A DNA stretch of 63,909 nucleotides, filler included, from Platydemus manokwari (GCA_037951405.1; 5 parts of 5 records of this genome joined end to end with filler, not necessarily neighbours in it); one strand, 5' to 3'; positions 1-12,314 are shown, counted from the first letter of the whole stretch. A program made the numbers and translations. The notes: generated from the sequence alone by a model not told the origin.

Positions 1-625
1 TTTTTCATTGGTTATTTTACTTTAATGTGGATTAATTTATAATATTTAGAGAAATTATTTAATGCTTATCAACTTAACATTAATATATGTCAAGGACATG
101 TCTCTGATCAAATTGAGATATTCAGAAATGTACATTTAAAAATTCAATGTATTGTTAATGATAAACATTTGTTTGTTAATGGTTGAAGCTTTAAATATCA
201 AAACCGAAACATAAAAAGTAATTTATATTATATGGATTTAAAAATTTTATGAATGCATTAGATGTGACAATACTGGGTTATTATTTTTTGTGTTATCGTA
301 TTGTTTAATTCTGGTTACGGCCTATGAGACAACATTTATGTTGGTTTTTATTAAAATGTATTCCAAATAAAGTTATGATCAAGTTTTGTTTTTAATTAGT
401 TAAAAATTAAAAATAAGTCATGAAAAAATTCCAAAATTTTGGAACAGAACATGCTTCCAGGAATTACAGTAATATTTCCAAACGCGTACAGTAACTCAAT
501 TATTCTTCGTAACACTATAAGATGTAAATTCATTGATGTAAATTTGATTTCGATTTAAAATCGATTTCGTTTCAGCAAATATTTTTTCACTTTCATTATT
601 TTTACATCTGTTTAATACTTGAAAA

Positions 626-1052
626 TGTGGGCGTTAATTAACGCTTGGTTAGTCAAAAATATATATTGATTTCTTTTTCAGCCGATAAATAAATTTTGGA
701 CGATTCTATTTATTAGTTATTTCTATTTACGCCGTTTCTGATTTTTTGCTTCCTTTTCTATTATTGTTTTTCTATTTTCTTGTTTTAGTGCTAATATTTT
801 TGCATTTTTTTAATTGAAAATTTCTATATTTAGATGTTAATTCATCATTAATTTTTTGTATTTCATTAACTATTTTGGAATTTATCTTTAGCTTAATTAT
901 TAATTGTTTATAAAAATGATTGTCATCAGTACTTGACATGTGTATGCAACAGATCTATGGTTTTCTATTAAATTGCTTTGGTAAAGGCATTGAATAATGT
1001 ATGAGTAATTGTGAAAAATCGGAATGATATATTTCGATTATTAACGCCCACA
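626..1052. mobile_element. MITE- or solo-LTR-like element bounded by 13-bp perfect terminal inverted repeats
   Basis: TGTGGGCGTTAAT (626-638) and ATTAACGCCCACA (1040-1052), with TG...CA ends and a non-coding AT-rich interior. No clear TSD. Confidence 0.5.
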
Positions 1053-1699
1053 ATCAACACATAATTAATTATATATTATGACTTATATTCAATTTTAACT
1101 TATAATATTTTCTATTTTTGCTTTACACAATTTGTTAGAGTCCACTATAATTTGTTTCAATTGGTTTCATCTAAATTTTTGTGATCTTGCCTTTTAACTA
1201 AATCTTCTTTGAGCACTTAATGTTTCTCTATATCGTTTTCATTCATTGATATCTCTTCATCACTTACTTGCTAATCTTTCCCGTTGTTCTCTATCAATAT
1301 TGTTAGTATTCTGGATTTTATTTTTACATTGATTGGATTTTCGTGTTGAGTCAAACATTGTATAAATCTTCATTTCCATGGCAAACACCTTTTGTAAATA
1401 CATGTTTAATTCAACATTGTCTAGAATTGTGGTGTTATTGGATTCCTAGTTTTCAGTATAAAATGTTATTTCCTTGTGGTACGCCCTTAATATGAATCTT
1501 GATATTGTTTGTATTACGTTCCCTGAGTGTTTTTAGTATCATTATACTGTATTTTCACTATTGTACCTTTATAACTCAAGTACTTTCGACATTGGTTCTT
1601 AACCAGTTCCAGGTGGTATTGCTATCCTAAATGCTATCCTAATTAAACAATATTATCCGGTTTAAGTTAAAAACGCTTATCTGATGATTTGTTTTATTT

Positions 1700-2110
1700 A
1701 ATTTTACAATGCCGCAATTATATTTTTCTCGGATCATGCGCGAGAATATACAAATCATTTTGTCATATTATCCTAGCTTACTCCATAAGCGACCGACAGA
1801 CGGAGGTAATCTTCCATAAACTCATGAAATAAGCCTGTCTACCCATTGCAAGGTTTTAAAGGTATATACTATAACTTCTCCAACTCGATTATCTTGATCT
1901 CCTTCCTTCTGTTTAGGTTTTTAATAAATTTCTCGTTTACTGCATCATTCACGGTTCTGTGAATAATGGGTATTTCTTCCTCCGATAAGCTCATTATTTA
2001 TTATGGTTTAGCTTCAAGAGCCAATTAATTAATGCGAAAATCTTAAAAAACCTTGCGAAATAAATAAATTTATAATCCGATTTAGCTCATGTTGGGCCCA
2101 CCAAATTTGA
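1700..2110 (-). mobile_element. Degenerate Ty3/Gypsy 5' internal region (PBS plus gag N-terminus)
   Basis: Minus strand TGGTGGGCCCAACATGAGC (~2085-2103) resembles the tRNA-Lys PBS TGGCGCCCAACGTGGGGC. An ATG at 1994 opens a stop-riddled frame MSLSEEEIP...PLKPCNG*TGLFHEFMEDYLRLSVAYG, similar to gag N-termini. Confidence 0.4.
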
Positions 2111-4214
2111 TGGAATTCAATTAGGTGATGTTGATAGATTTAAATCAACAAGATATTTTCGATTATTCAAACTGTTAATAAGTTGTATGCAGTTAGAAAC
2201 AGATAGTTGACGTTTTCACCAAAGATCTAATAATTAACAAGTGATTAGATACGTGATACTAATATAAATTAATAACAACGAACAAAATAATACTTTTATT
2301 GATTATAATAATAAATATCAAATGTGCTATGCGTAATTTTAAAACCAATAGTGTTGTAACCTTAAGAGTTATAGAAATCAACATAGGGTACTAGGTGGCT
2401 CCCTACACTGATTTTAAAACTAAAGAAGATTATTATTTTATGTTCCGACAAATTCGGTTTAGTCTTCGTGGAGTTAATTATTTTCAACTAATCTCCTTAC
2501 GAGGTTTTCTAACCTAGGTATAAATAATTAATGTTCGTACTCTGTACACGACTTGACAAAGATCACTTATACTAGCATTAAACGACTTAAATACTCCTTC
2601 CGTTATAAAAATGGATATCGATAACTTACTTGGCGAATCGCCTAATAATTACGAATTAGTAGATGAGGTCATACACCAAGAAATAACTCATATGATCGAG
2701 CTTCTACCTAACATAAGTCAATGAAAAAGAAGTATAACATCTCATTCTCAAATCACTAGAGTACAAACATCGGCTGAAAAGATTAACCAACGAGTAAACA
2801 CTCAATTAAAAAGTAGAGTACTAAGAGGTTATTTCATTTGCACCCGTAGGACTATTTAAATAATTTCAGAGCTTTTTAAAATCCATCTACATTTATAATT
2901 TCAATTTATTTTTTGTTCATTTATTAAAATTTCGATTGAGTGTGTCAGTTTGATGTCCCGGGGCTTCGTTTTTTATTTGTTGAATTCGCTCGCACACAGA
3001 TCTGCTTGTAATTTTGCTTGTACCTCTTCTGTCAGTGGCAGAAATTTTGCTTTGCTGCTATCTGTAGGTATTTGCCTGTCGATTTTTAACTTCTAAGTAT
3101 GGATTAATATTAGAAAGAAACTGATTGGCTGATATATCACATGTGTTTATTGGATCTGTGTGTCAACCCTTTTTAAGATTATTTCCCTGGTTCCTATAAA
3201 CATTTTGGCTGATTTTGTGACCATCCAACAATTTTATGCAGATGCTAATCAAAATAAAATCACAAGATGATGCAAAAACTCTAATCACAAATTTTCATCA
3301 TTAATATTCACTTTCCACTTAGATTGATACTTTGTGGGCTTTGGTAGGATGGTTGAGTCTGGAATTTGAATCCCATCCTCTGGAAGACTAATGGCTGGGA
3401 TTGGGAAGATCATCTTGCTTGTTCAGTCAATACTGAAGACATTGAAGGTTATTTAGATGTTGAAGACAGTGAAGGTTAAGATTGTTTAGATTTAGATAAT
3501 ATTGTTGTTGATCCAGCTCTGTAAAAAAATGAAGGAGTGAGTGCTATTTATATTTAAATTTTTAAGTAAACTAAGGGTATGCCTTCAAATATTGACCTAT
3601 ATATTTCTTTGGAGTTGTTTTACCTATATATTTATTTGAGGTAAATGAATACAAAATGTAAGAAAAAGTAGTGCAAATCCAACAGAGGAAGATATTCATC
3701 GGAGAAACCAAGTATACTCAAGTTTGAAATATCAATAGAGAAATTATTTCCATTAGAATAAAAAAATTTAATTCGCGTAGTAACTCAAGTAACAACTAAT
3801 TACAAACAGAAGAAGCAATTATTGAACGAATTTTAAAATTCCAGAATATTTTGTTAAGAACTAATATAACTTGAGAAGAATCAAGATTTTTATAAGCATT
3901 TAATTATATAAATTTGTTGGGGTTTCACGCTGAAAAATCTTGTACAACATTATATAAATTTTATAATTATGCATGACAATACGTATGAAATGTGCACTAA
4001 TTTTTATTGTATTCATTTTTATTTAATCAGCATGTATTTTTTTATCTTAACAAATCTTAAAAATATCTGAGTGCAGTTAACTTAAAATATTATAACGTAT
4101 TGGTATTTATAATAATTATTATTTATAAATATGTAAATTAATAATATTACCAAACTCCACCAAGAACAAACCCGTTGAAATTCCCTAAATAATAAATAAA
4201 TTTATAAAATAATA

Positions 4215-4620
4215 ACACATAATATATTATCACATCATAACATCGACAAATAAATTCCCATCTAATAATGCGCACATAGATTCAGTCACTGAATAAAATA
4301 TCCACTCGATTAATTTTAATAAGATAGAATTTATCTCACCGATAAATAAATTCCAGCGAGAGAATAATAAATGCACTGGCATTAAATTTAATAGCAGAGA
4401 ATATCTACGAGAGATTCACCACTGCCTATATAAGGCAGCAGTCACAATAATTTCGGCCACAATTCTACTATTTCACTTTACTGAGGACACGTTACATCGA
4501 CTGAAGAAGACATTATTTTACATTCAATCACTTTTTCCAATCTATTGTCTTCACACAATAAAGTTGTGCAGGGTGAAGGAACAGCAGCATAAGGTAGATT
4601 ACAACTGTGACCCTATTCAA
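4215..4620 (+). mobile_element. Solo-LTR-like sequence
   Basis: TATA box (CCTATATAAGG ~4425-4435) followed by AATAAA (~4557) with no gene attached. Partial similarity to 47350-47470 on the minus strand. Boundaries approximate. Confidence 0.3.
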
Positions 4621-5069
4621 GAGTTCATAGAGACTGATTAAGACAATAGTGATAACAAAAAGAATTAAGATTAATAAAACAATAAAATCAATAAGACTCG
4701 AAAGTAACATCTTTGATTCCTTGAAATGATGTTTTTTTAATCATAATTTATTCATTAATGTTTTTGTATAACAATCCGTTAAAGTTAAATTATTTTCAAC
4801 ATTTATTTTAAAAACCAAAAAATTTCAATTATTTATAATCAAATTATATAAAAATTTCTGATAAAGAACGAACGATACTTTGAGACTCAATTTCTTTATT
4901 TATAATAAATTTTTCAATATTTTAATGTTATACTTTAGTTTGTGTAATGTGGCTTAATATTTTTTCGTTTTTTTTCAACAGTTTCCAAATTGTGGAATAC
5001 AAGCTTACCCATAAAATAGGACACATGTTTTTGTCAGAAAAAAAGTGAGACATTAAGTTAAAATAAAGT

Positions 5070-6140
5070 TATAAAAATTTAAAAATTCAATTCTAGATCA
5101 CGAAACTACATTGAATTCATAAATAGACAGAAACATAAAAGGTAATTATAAAAAAAAAATAAAATTTTTAAAATATTTATAAGACAGAAAAAAGAAGATA
5201 AATAAAATTCAAAAAATCTTCCGTGTAAAATTTATTTTAAAATAAATAAAACAAAAATTTTGTTTTACTATAACAAATTCTTTTGTTTAAATGATCTCAA
5301 AATCACCAAAATGAAAATAAAGGTTAAATAGAAAATTTATTTCAAAAATCTATTTTTAGTAACTAGGTCATTGTTAAGAATGGTGTAGGTTAATTTAGCA
5401 ACTCAAGTAACTAAAAACAGTAATATATTGCTAAATTTAGACATGATTTCTTAGGAGTTGCTATAAAAAATAAATAAAAAATAAAAGTGGAAAATAAATA
5501 AGACAAAGTCCTAGATATTTTAAAATCACCAAACAAATATTGAGACAGCTGTGGGCCCATAATAATAAGTAAATTTACTCATCATTATAAACTTGAACAT
5601 ATAACTAGATCGGTTTAGAAAATGATTCGAAGAAAAATTCTTTGGGTTCAAAAATCTCTGACAATAATACAATAAAGGCTTAATAATACAAAAAATAATT
5701 TAATGTAAAGTGCTTCGTTATAAGTTAGTGCTGGTGCATGATTAAATTTGTTTGCTCTTATATAGTTTTATATAGTGTTTTGCTGCTAAATAATGTAATT
5801 ATAAAAATTTTCTGTCCTACTGTTTTAGGTACATACGTATCTACATTAGATTTCTCTCAACCTTGATTATTTTCTAGATGACTTTGAGGTTGTTTAAACA
5901 AAATGTAAACAAAAAGAATTTGTGGTGTTAAAACAGTTTTTTTTGTTTGATTCAATTTTAACATAATTTCTTGTATATTTTATTTTAGAGTGCCTGAAAA
6001 TTTTTAAATTTCTTTATTTTTTCATTACTTATTTTGACTATTTATTGATATTTAATTTTATGTTTGCCTATTTCAATATGTATTAGATTTTTACATACTT
6101 ATTTTCTGCTAGTTTTTTATTTACATTTTTTAAATTTGAG
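5070..6140. repeat. Long imperfect inverted repeat (foldback / long-TIR element)
   Basis: ~5070-5350 is reverse-complementary to ~5850-6140, e.g. acaaattcttttgtttaaatgatctcaaaatcacc vs the reverse complement of gatgactttgaggttgtttaaacaaaa...aaaaagaatttgt, and aaatagacagaaacataaaa vs the reverse complement of ttttatgtttgcctattt. Confidence 0.55.
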
Positions 6141-6578
6141 TTTTCTTTCTTTCTAAATTAGTGTATCATATTATATGGACTTCACGTTTTTGATCAGGAT
6201 ATCACATATTCATCTTTATTATAAACATGATGCCTTGCATTATTTTTTTGTTTTTCACTTGTGTCGGGGACATTGATGGGCATGCATAAAATTTTATAAA
6301 TTTCAGGATATTATTTCAAACTTTGGTTATCCCTTTTACTGATAAATTACCTACACTAATACCAAATAAATATAATTTCCTCAAAATAACGAAGTAGTTC
6401 AATATATAATATCTTATTTAAACAATTTAACATGTTTTTAATTTTAGTTAATGTGATATATACTTTTATTGTAATTATTAAAAATCAATTATATTTTGTT
6501 TGAGACGTATTCTAAATATTATATTGAATAATTAAATTTGTTTTAATAAAAAAATAAAAATTAATTTTTGAATTGATA

Positions 6579-7297
6579 ATGAGTGAATATGCTGATGAAA
6601 AAGTAACTTCTAAAAATGTAAATAAATACAAGAACATACGTCAACATACCATTGAGGTAAACATTGTTTTGTGTAGGTCTTTTTTATTTTTTTCAAGATG
6701 TTGATAGATCGTGGTTACAACGTGATGGACGAATTCGAAGATATAGAAGATTTTAAACTCAGATTCATAAATAAAGAAATACGCGAAATGGATATATTAT
6801 GTAGAAATAAAAAAAACGAATCTCTTTATGTGCTATTTGCAGGTGTCGCGATGCAAAAACAAAATCTTGATGATTATTTACAATTTTTTGACGAACAAAA
6901 TTTTAATAATGGGGTTTTTGTATATAATCTAGCGCTAAACCATTTTGTTAAAAATAAAATAGCTGAAGTTAATTTACATAATTTAATGTCTATTCAACTA
7001 TTTTCAGAAGATGAATTAATAGTTAATATTACTCATCATAAATTTGTTCCTAAGCATATTCTTTTAAAAGACGATGAAAAAGAAGCTATTCTAAAAAAAT
7101 AGTAAGTGATTACAAATAAATGGTTGTATCTATTGTTTTAATATTAACTTAGTAATGCAACCGACAGTCAAATTTCCAAAATTGAAATTACTGATCCAGT
7201 ATCAAAATATTTTGACGCTAAAAGAGGTCAAATGTTTCGCATTATTCGTGTTTATGATGACGGAGAGATTTATGAAACTTATAGAATTGTTGTATAA
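6579..7297 (+). CDS. RPB5: DNA-directed RNA polymerase subunit RPB5 (RPABC1), divergent; exons 6579-6656, 6698-7101, 7153-7297; 208 aa
   Basis: Motifs MLIDRGY, FSEDELIVNITHHKFVPKH, and DPVSKYFDAKRGQMFRIIR...TYRIVV*. GT-AG introns of 41 and 51 nt restore the frame. Confidence 0.9.
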
Positions 7298-7381
7298 TAA
7301 AAATTTTCTATTATTTTTGTTTTAATAATATATTTTATTTAATTATAAATAGTAATATTTAAATTTCACGTTATTATTCTG

Positions 7382-8805
7382 ATGTCTTTGGTGGAAAATC
7401 AAAAAGTTTTATTAAAAAAAGACAATTGTTATAAAATTGTAAATATAATTAATAAGTAATTTTTGTTGGTATCCGATATTAATTTTGTTTTTTGCAATAG
7501 AACCATCGAACTTGATCGGACAAAGTTTTCATTGGCTGGTTTGATTGGTCATTCCTTTGGTTCAACTTTTGCAGTTGAAAATGGAAATTTAATAAAGATC
7601 ACAGATAAATCTAAATTTGACCAATATGAACGCTTAAAAGTTGAAAATCTGATGACGGATGAAAGATCAGAAAACGTTGATGTTAACACTAATCGTGATA
7701 ACCGTAATATCAATTTAAATGACAAAAATCAATTAATGTCAGCAGCTGATATTAGTGAATTAAAGAAAAACGGTGAAAGTGGAGATGTATGGGTTGTTGG
7801 ATTATAAAAAGGTTTTTTTATATTGTTCAGGTAATTCTGAATAAATTGATTGAGAATAGCACATCGTTTAATCAAAAAACTACATTTGCTCAAGAGAAAT
7901 ATTTGAAAAAAAAGAAGAAACGTTATATGCCTCACATATCCGTGCACAGAATTACGACGAGAATGCTCTGTGAATTGTATGCCGCAAAGAATAAACTGAA
8001 AATAATGTCAGTTTGGATATTAATATTTTGAATCGAAATGATGATAATTGTAATGTGCAGGAATCTTCGTATCGACACTGTGTCCCAGATATTAGCATAC
8101 TCCAATGTACAACACGGTTCTCGAGTATTACTGACGGAAACGTGTGCCGGTTTGATTCTTGGATCTCTGATCGAGAAAGGAGCACAGATTATCAATTTCT
8201 ATCACGGTAGCGCACCAATTTTGCCCGAATGTTACACGGAATGGAAAGAACTCGACGGCCGAGTCTTCAATCTTCCACTCGGCCAAATGGTTCCCTTGGC
8301 AACGACGAGAAAATTCGTCAACCACTTCGTGTCGGAACCGAAAGAAAAACCCGACGAAATCGAACAACGAGCCGACAAAAAGCGAGTCATCAAATCCGAT
8401 AACGAAACCGGCAAAAAGCGTGTCAAACTCTCACCGGAAGTCTTGTTGGCGAAAAAAGAAGAGCGAGATAATCGCCGTGAAGAAGCTAGCAATGTTTTGT
8501 TATCTGGTGGTCACGATTCGATGATTATCGCCATTAAATTCCATCCGTGTGAGTTGACGTTGCAAATGTTGGAATTTCTGGCACCCGGCAAACCGTTTGT
8601 GGTTTACAGCCAGTTTTTACAGCCACTGGTGGAGCTGTATGACGAATTGCGCAAGAAAACTGCCAGTTGTTCATTGAGAATCACTGAAAGTTGGTTGCGT
8701 AATTATCAAATACTTCCCGATCGAACTCATCCGGAAATGGCTATGTCGGGAACTGGGGGATATTTGTTGAGTGGCATCAAATTGGATCAATTGTCAATGC
8801 AATAA
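7382..8805 (+). CDS. TRMT6: tRNA (adenine58-N1)-methyltransferase non-catalytic subunit TRM6/GCD10; exons 7382-7455, 7501-7786, 7831-8006, 8061-8805; 426 aa
   Basis: Motifs DNRNINLNDKNQLMS, LIENSTSFNQKTTFAQEKYLKKKKKRY, NLRIDTVSQILAYSNV and ESWLRNYQILPDRTHPEMAMSGTGGYLL. Introns of 45, 44 and 54 nt keep the frame. Confidence 0.95.
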
Positions 8806-8932
8806 ACATATTTTATTATCATTTGTTGTTGTTTTTTTTCTGGTTTTTTGATTGCTCATTAAATGTTATCGTTTGTAATTCGAATCCACTTCAGTGTTTA
8901 TGATTGGCCTCTTGTGGTGTCGTCAATAATCA

Positions 8933-8968
8933 TATATAAGCCAATCGATGAATATCAACTGGATTAGT
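8933..8968 (+). promoter_or_regulatory. TATA box plus initiator of the neuropeptide gene
   Basis: TATATAAG at 8933-8940 and an Inr-like TTAGT (A at 8966) about 31 nt downstream. A probable 5'UTR intron (GTTAGT 8979 to CAG 9054) ends directly at the ATG. Confidence 0.55.
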
Positions 8969-9054
8969 TTATTGCATTGTTAGTTTTGTTTTTGATGATT
9001 TTCGTTGATATTATTATTATTGTTGATTGATTGATTGATTTTTCTTTTATCCAG

Positions 9055-9240
9055 ATGATGATTGCTGGTTTTGTCGTGATGATTATGTGTTTGATGAGCT
9101 TATGTAGCTTGGACGCATGGGCCGATACGATAATGGACGATAAACGGGCACCACAACGCAGTCGTGATCGAGTGACACTGGGTGAGAATTTTATTCGATT
9201 CGGCCGAAGTCAGGCCCAGAAGAAATATATTCGATTTTGA
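9055..9240 (+). CDS. RFamide (FMRFamide-like) neuropeptide precursor, 61 aa
   Basis: Hydrophobic signal peptide MMIAGFVVMIMCLMSLCSLDA, a KR site, ...TLGENFIRF-G-R (amidation signal), then KK-YIRF-stop. Confidence 0.85.
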   Translation: MMIAGFVVMIMCLMSLCSLDAWADTIMDDKRAPQRSRDRVTLGENFIRFGRSQAQKKYIRF

Positions 9241-9749
9241 CGGGGACATTATCTTAATTATTGATATTAAATTTTAAAATAAACAAGTTCCAATGTTGTT
9301 TCCAATAATATTTCGATTTCAAATGATATTTGGATATATTTTTATATTGTTTTTGATTATAAATATTATTTATTCACCATAATAGACAAAAAAATAATTG
9401 GAAACACAATTATAAATTACATGTTTCAATTCTATCAAATCTTTCTTTATCTTCTGATGGAGTTCATTATTATCAACATTATTCTCGATTACTTCCTTAT
9501 TATATCGTCTGTGTGTCAATAAAGGCCTTAAATAAAAACTTGGACTTCAATCAAACTATAAAAAAACAAAATTAAATCTATGGAAAATGTCATGGAAACA
9601 GTTCTCCATCATTTTTGAAGTTTTTGTCATTAATAGCAAATTTCCATAATATAATTTTGAATTTAAAAATGCTAACATCTCTTTCATTGGTAATGAATCG
9701 AATTAATAATTCCATTTTGTTCCAGTTAGTATTATCAATAATTATTATA

Positions 9750-10460
9750 ATTCAGTGACACAAATTTAAAAACATTTTCGGTAATGATCCTTATGAAATA
9801 AAGTGGTAAGAGTGTAGTATTTAGAAAGTCGAATATGTCCGCCATTGAAATGATTAATTCATTTTAAATATTATCAATATATTTTGTGATCAATTCATAC
9901 ATTTCAATCAAGTAGATTTCTGTGAAAAATATTTTAAAAATTTAAAACTATAAAACGTAATTTAAAATTTTCTCTTAGATGTTTTTACATAGAAACATGA
10001 TTTCATGTATTTCAGTAGCAATTAGGCAGTGTAATACGAAAAGGAAATAATTTTAATTGCTGACACATTTGTGGAAAAATGTTTTGTGTCACTTTTTTAT
10101 TATGCTAATATTTGATTTATGTTTTTGTCCTTAATCGAAATGTCCGAGAATATAAAATGACAAACATTCACAGATAATTTGGCATGGATAATAAAAACTT
10201 TATGTTTAGAGTGTCAGACAAAACACTAAAATATCAAATCATTATAACCAAAGATTGGGACTCTTAAAAATTTTATTATCAAATAAAACGATACAAAAAT
10301 AAATTCGATCTCACGTGATCAATGTTTTGTTGATTCAATAGTCTGAAGAAAACATAAATTAATATAACGTTACTCGAATATCTTGATCAAAAACATTTGA
10401 AATGAGGCCTACGAAAATGTACAGACAGTCAAATAACACACATCGTATCAATATAAAGCA
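9750..10460 (-). pseudogene. Degenerate cadherin-like fragment
   Basis: Broken frames contain NVFDQD and HKVFIIHAK...DISIKDKNINQ, resembling the cadherin AxDxD and IxVxDxNDN motifs. Confidence 0.25.
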
Positions 10461-11039
10461 CAAACCTTCAAATTAACAACCTTTTGATTGGATTTCGATT
10501 TGCAATTGCTACACGCCTTCAGATAGATATGAACACAATTGGACACAAGATTGGAGGAAATTAAATGCTTGTGATTGTTTTTAAATGGTTTAAATAAATA
10601 AAAAGTAAAACTCAGGAATCATATACACACAAGCAACACTGCCTATAAAACGAGTCGAATTTCCAGAACAACTGTTAGTATTTTTTGCGTGTAAGCAATT
10701 TATATCTTGCATTCTTTCTTGGGTGCTGGACCAATTTTTGTTATTATACATTGAGTATTGGGATGACTTTCATTTTGTTTATTGACGTTATTGATTGATT
10801 GAACGGTTTTAGATTTCATTGTTTTAAGAGTGAATTTTCAAACATTCTACTTCTATATAAGAGTGAAATAGCAAGAATTAGCAGTAAGACGCTGAAGTAA
10901 AATAACGGCGAAATTTAGACAGCTTGCTGAACTATAAATTGCAACTACCTCTTGGCCATAATGCTGACTGCTGACCAACAACTAATTAGTACTCAACTTG
11001 TCCTCTTGAATATTAACTTAATCTGATGAATGCTCACTA

Positions 11040-11830
11040 AGGATAGAATTTTCTAAGAGATTGTGAAATAATATCAACTATTAATATACCTAGAACTGGT
11101 AGATTTGCTCCTTCCGATTTCTCCACTAATCAGTATGTTTGTTCTCGTTTGTGACAGAATCTAAAATGTGCCACCTCATTAAACCTGTATTTTTTATCTT
11201 GAATTATTAAATTTAATTATATCATAATTACTGGACACGCTTTGAAGCAGAATGAATAAAAATAATAACAAGATATTATTAATCCGTTTGGAGTCCTATG
11301 TGTTTTTATATTTTATCGTTACTGTCTCACTATTCACACTCTGGGTCTTATCAGTCTTCTTATTATCATAGATCTTCTTTCATCTCAATTATTTTAATTT
11401 TAGCTTGAGGACCGAGGTGACAATGTTTGATGATCTTTGTGAAATCAATCCTTAAGAGCACATGGCTTCAATAACAGCACTAAAGTTTGGTTAAAATAAG
11501 GTCTATTGATTAACAAATTTCCATTTTTACTTATCCTATGCAATGACAGACAATAGTACAATTATTGGGTTGAAGTTGTTTATAGGACCCCTTCATAATA
11601 TAAGAGAAAAACAGTTTAACAAGATTGAGACTATTTCTATAACAGATGTGTATGATTTTATAATAATTGAATCCGTACGTACAACCTCCTAATGATTATT
11701 ATGATTTGGCAAGGAATTGATTAAAAATTTTCATGTTAACAAACAGAATATATATTATTCTGCATACACTTCGCCAGAATCACTGCTTTATTAATCAGGA
11801 TAAGGTTCTGAGTTTTATAAACCAATTTAT
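11040..11830 (-). mobile_element. Penelope-like reverse transcriptase remnant
   Basis: LLNCFLLYYEGVL/GSYKQ resembles the FxFxGxxYxQ region, and EKSEGANLPVLGILI resembles ExExxGxLPFLDVLI. Many stops. Confidence 0.3.
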
Positions 11831-12314
11831 ATTAATAGGGGTATACTTTATTTAAGGATTTTCTATTTTTAGATTTTATGGAATTTTTTTTCCGAAAGTG
11901 CTTGAAGGACTTGGATTTAATATATTTCATTTTTTGGGTTATTATTACTAATTTATGTTATGCATTGGTATTCTTTTTGTCATTATAAATGAATTTCTTA
12001 ATATTTTCAGAAATTGAATTTTATTCTAATGGCAAATCAAATGTTATTTTTCTACATCATGGTTTTATTGCTTATTAATTTTGATTAAGCAGGGTTTATT
12101 ACTTCTATGAAAAGCAAAAAGAATTACCCATTAAAAACTTATGAAAATTTCCCTGATGGAGATGACTTACGTAACTTTAAAGAATAAAGGCATGAAATAT
12201 ATTATTATTATTATTTAAATAAGAAGATCTACCTAAATTGACATAACACTATGAAGATCCATTAGCACAAAAATTATCCAATGATTATAAAAATATAAAG
12301 AATTTATATACTTA

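Noticed and set aside
7100-7102. Apparent premature TAG in RPB5
   Set aside because: It spans an exon/intron junction (TA|GTAAGT); splicing gives TAT and restores the C-terminus.
7729-8492. Several overlapping short ORFs around TRM6
   Set aside because: These are antisense or alternate-frame shadows of TRM6 exons.
8948-8982. Upstream ATG as the neuropeptide start
   Set aside because: It is out of frame after the predicted splice and lies upstream of the predicted initiator.
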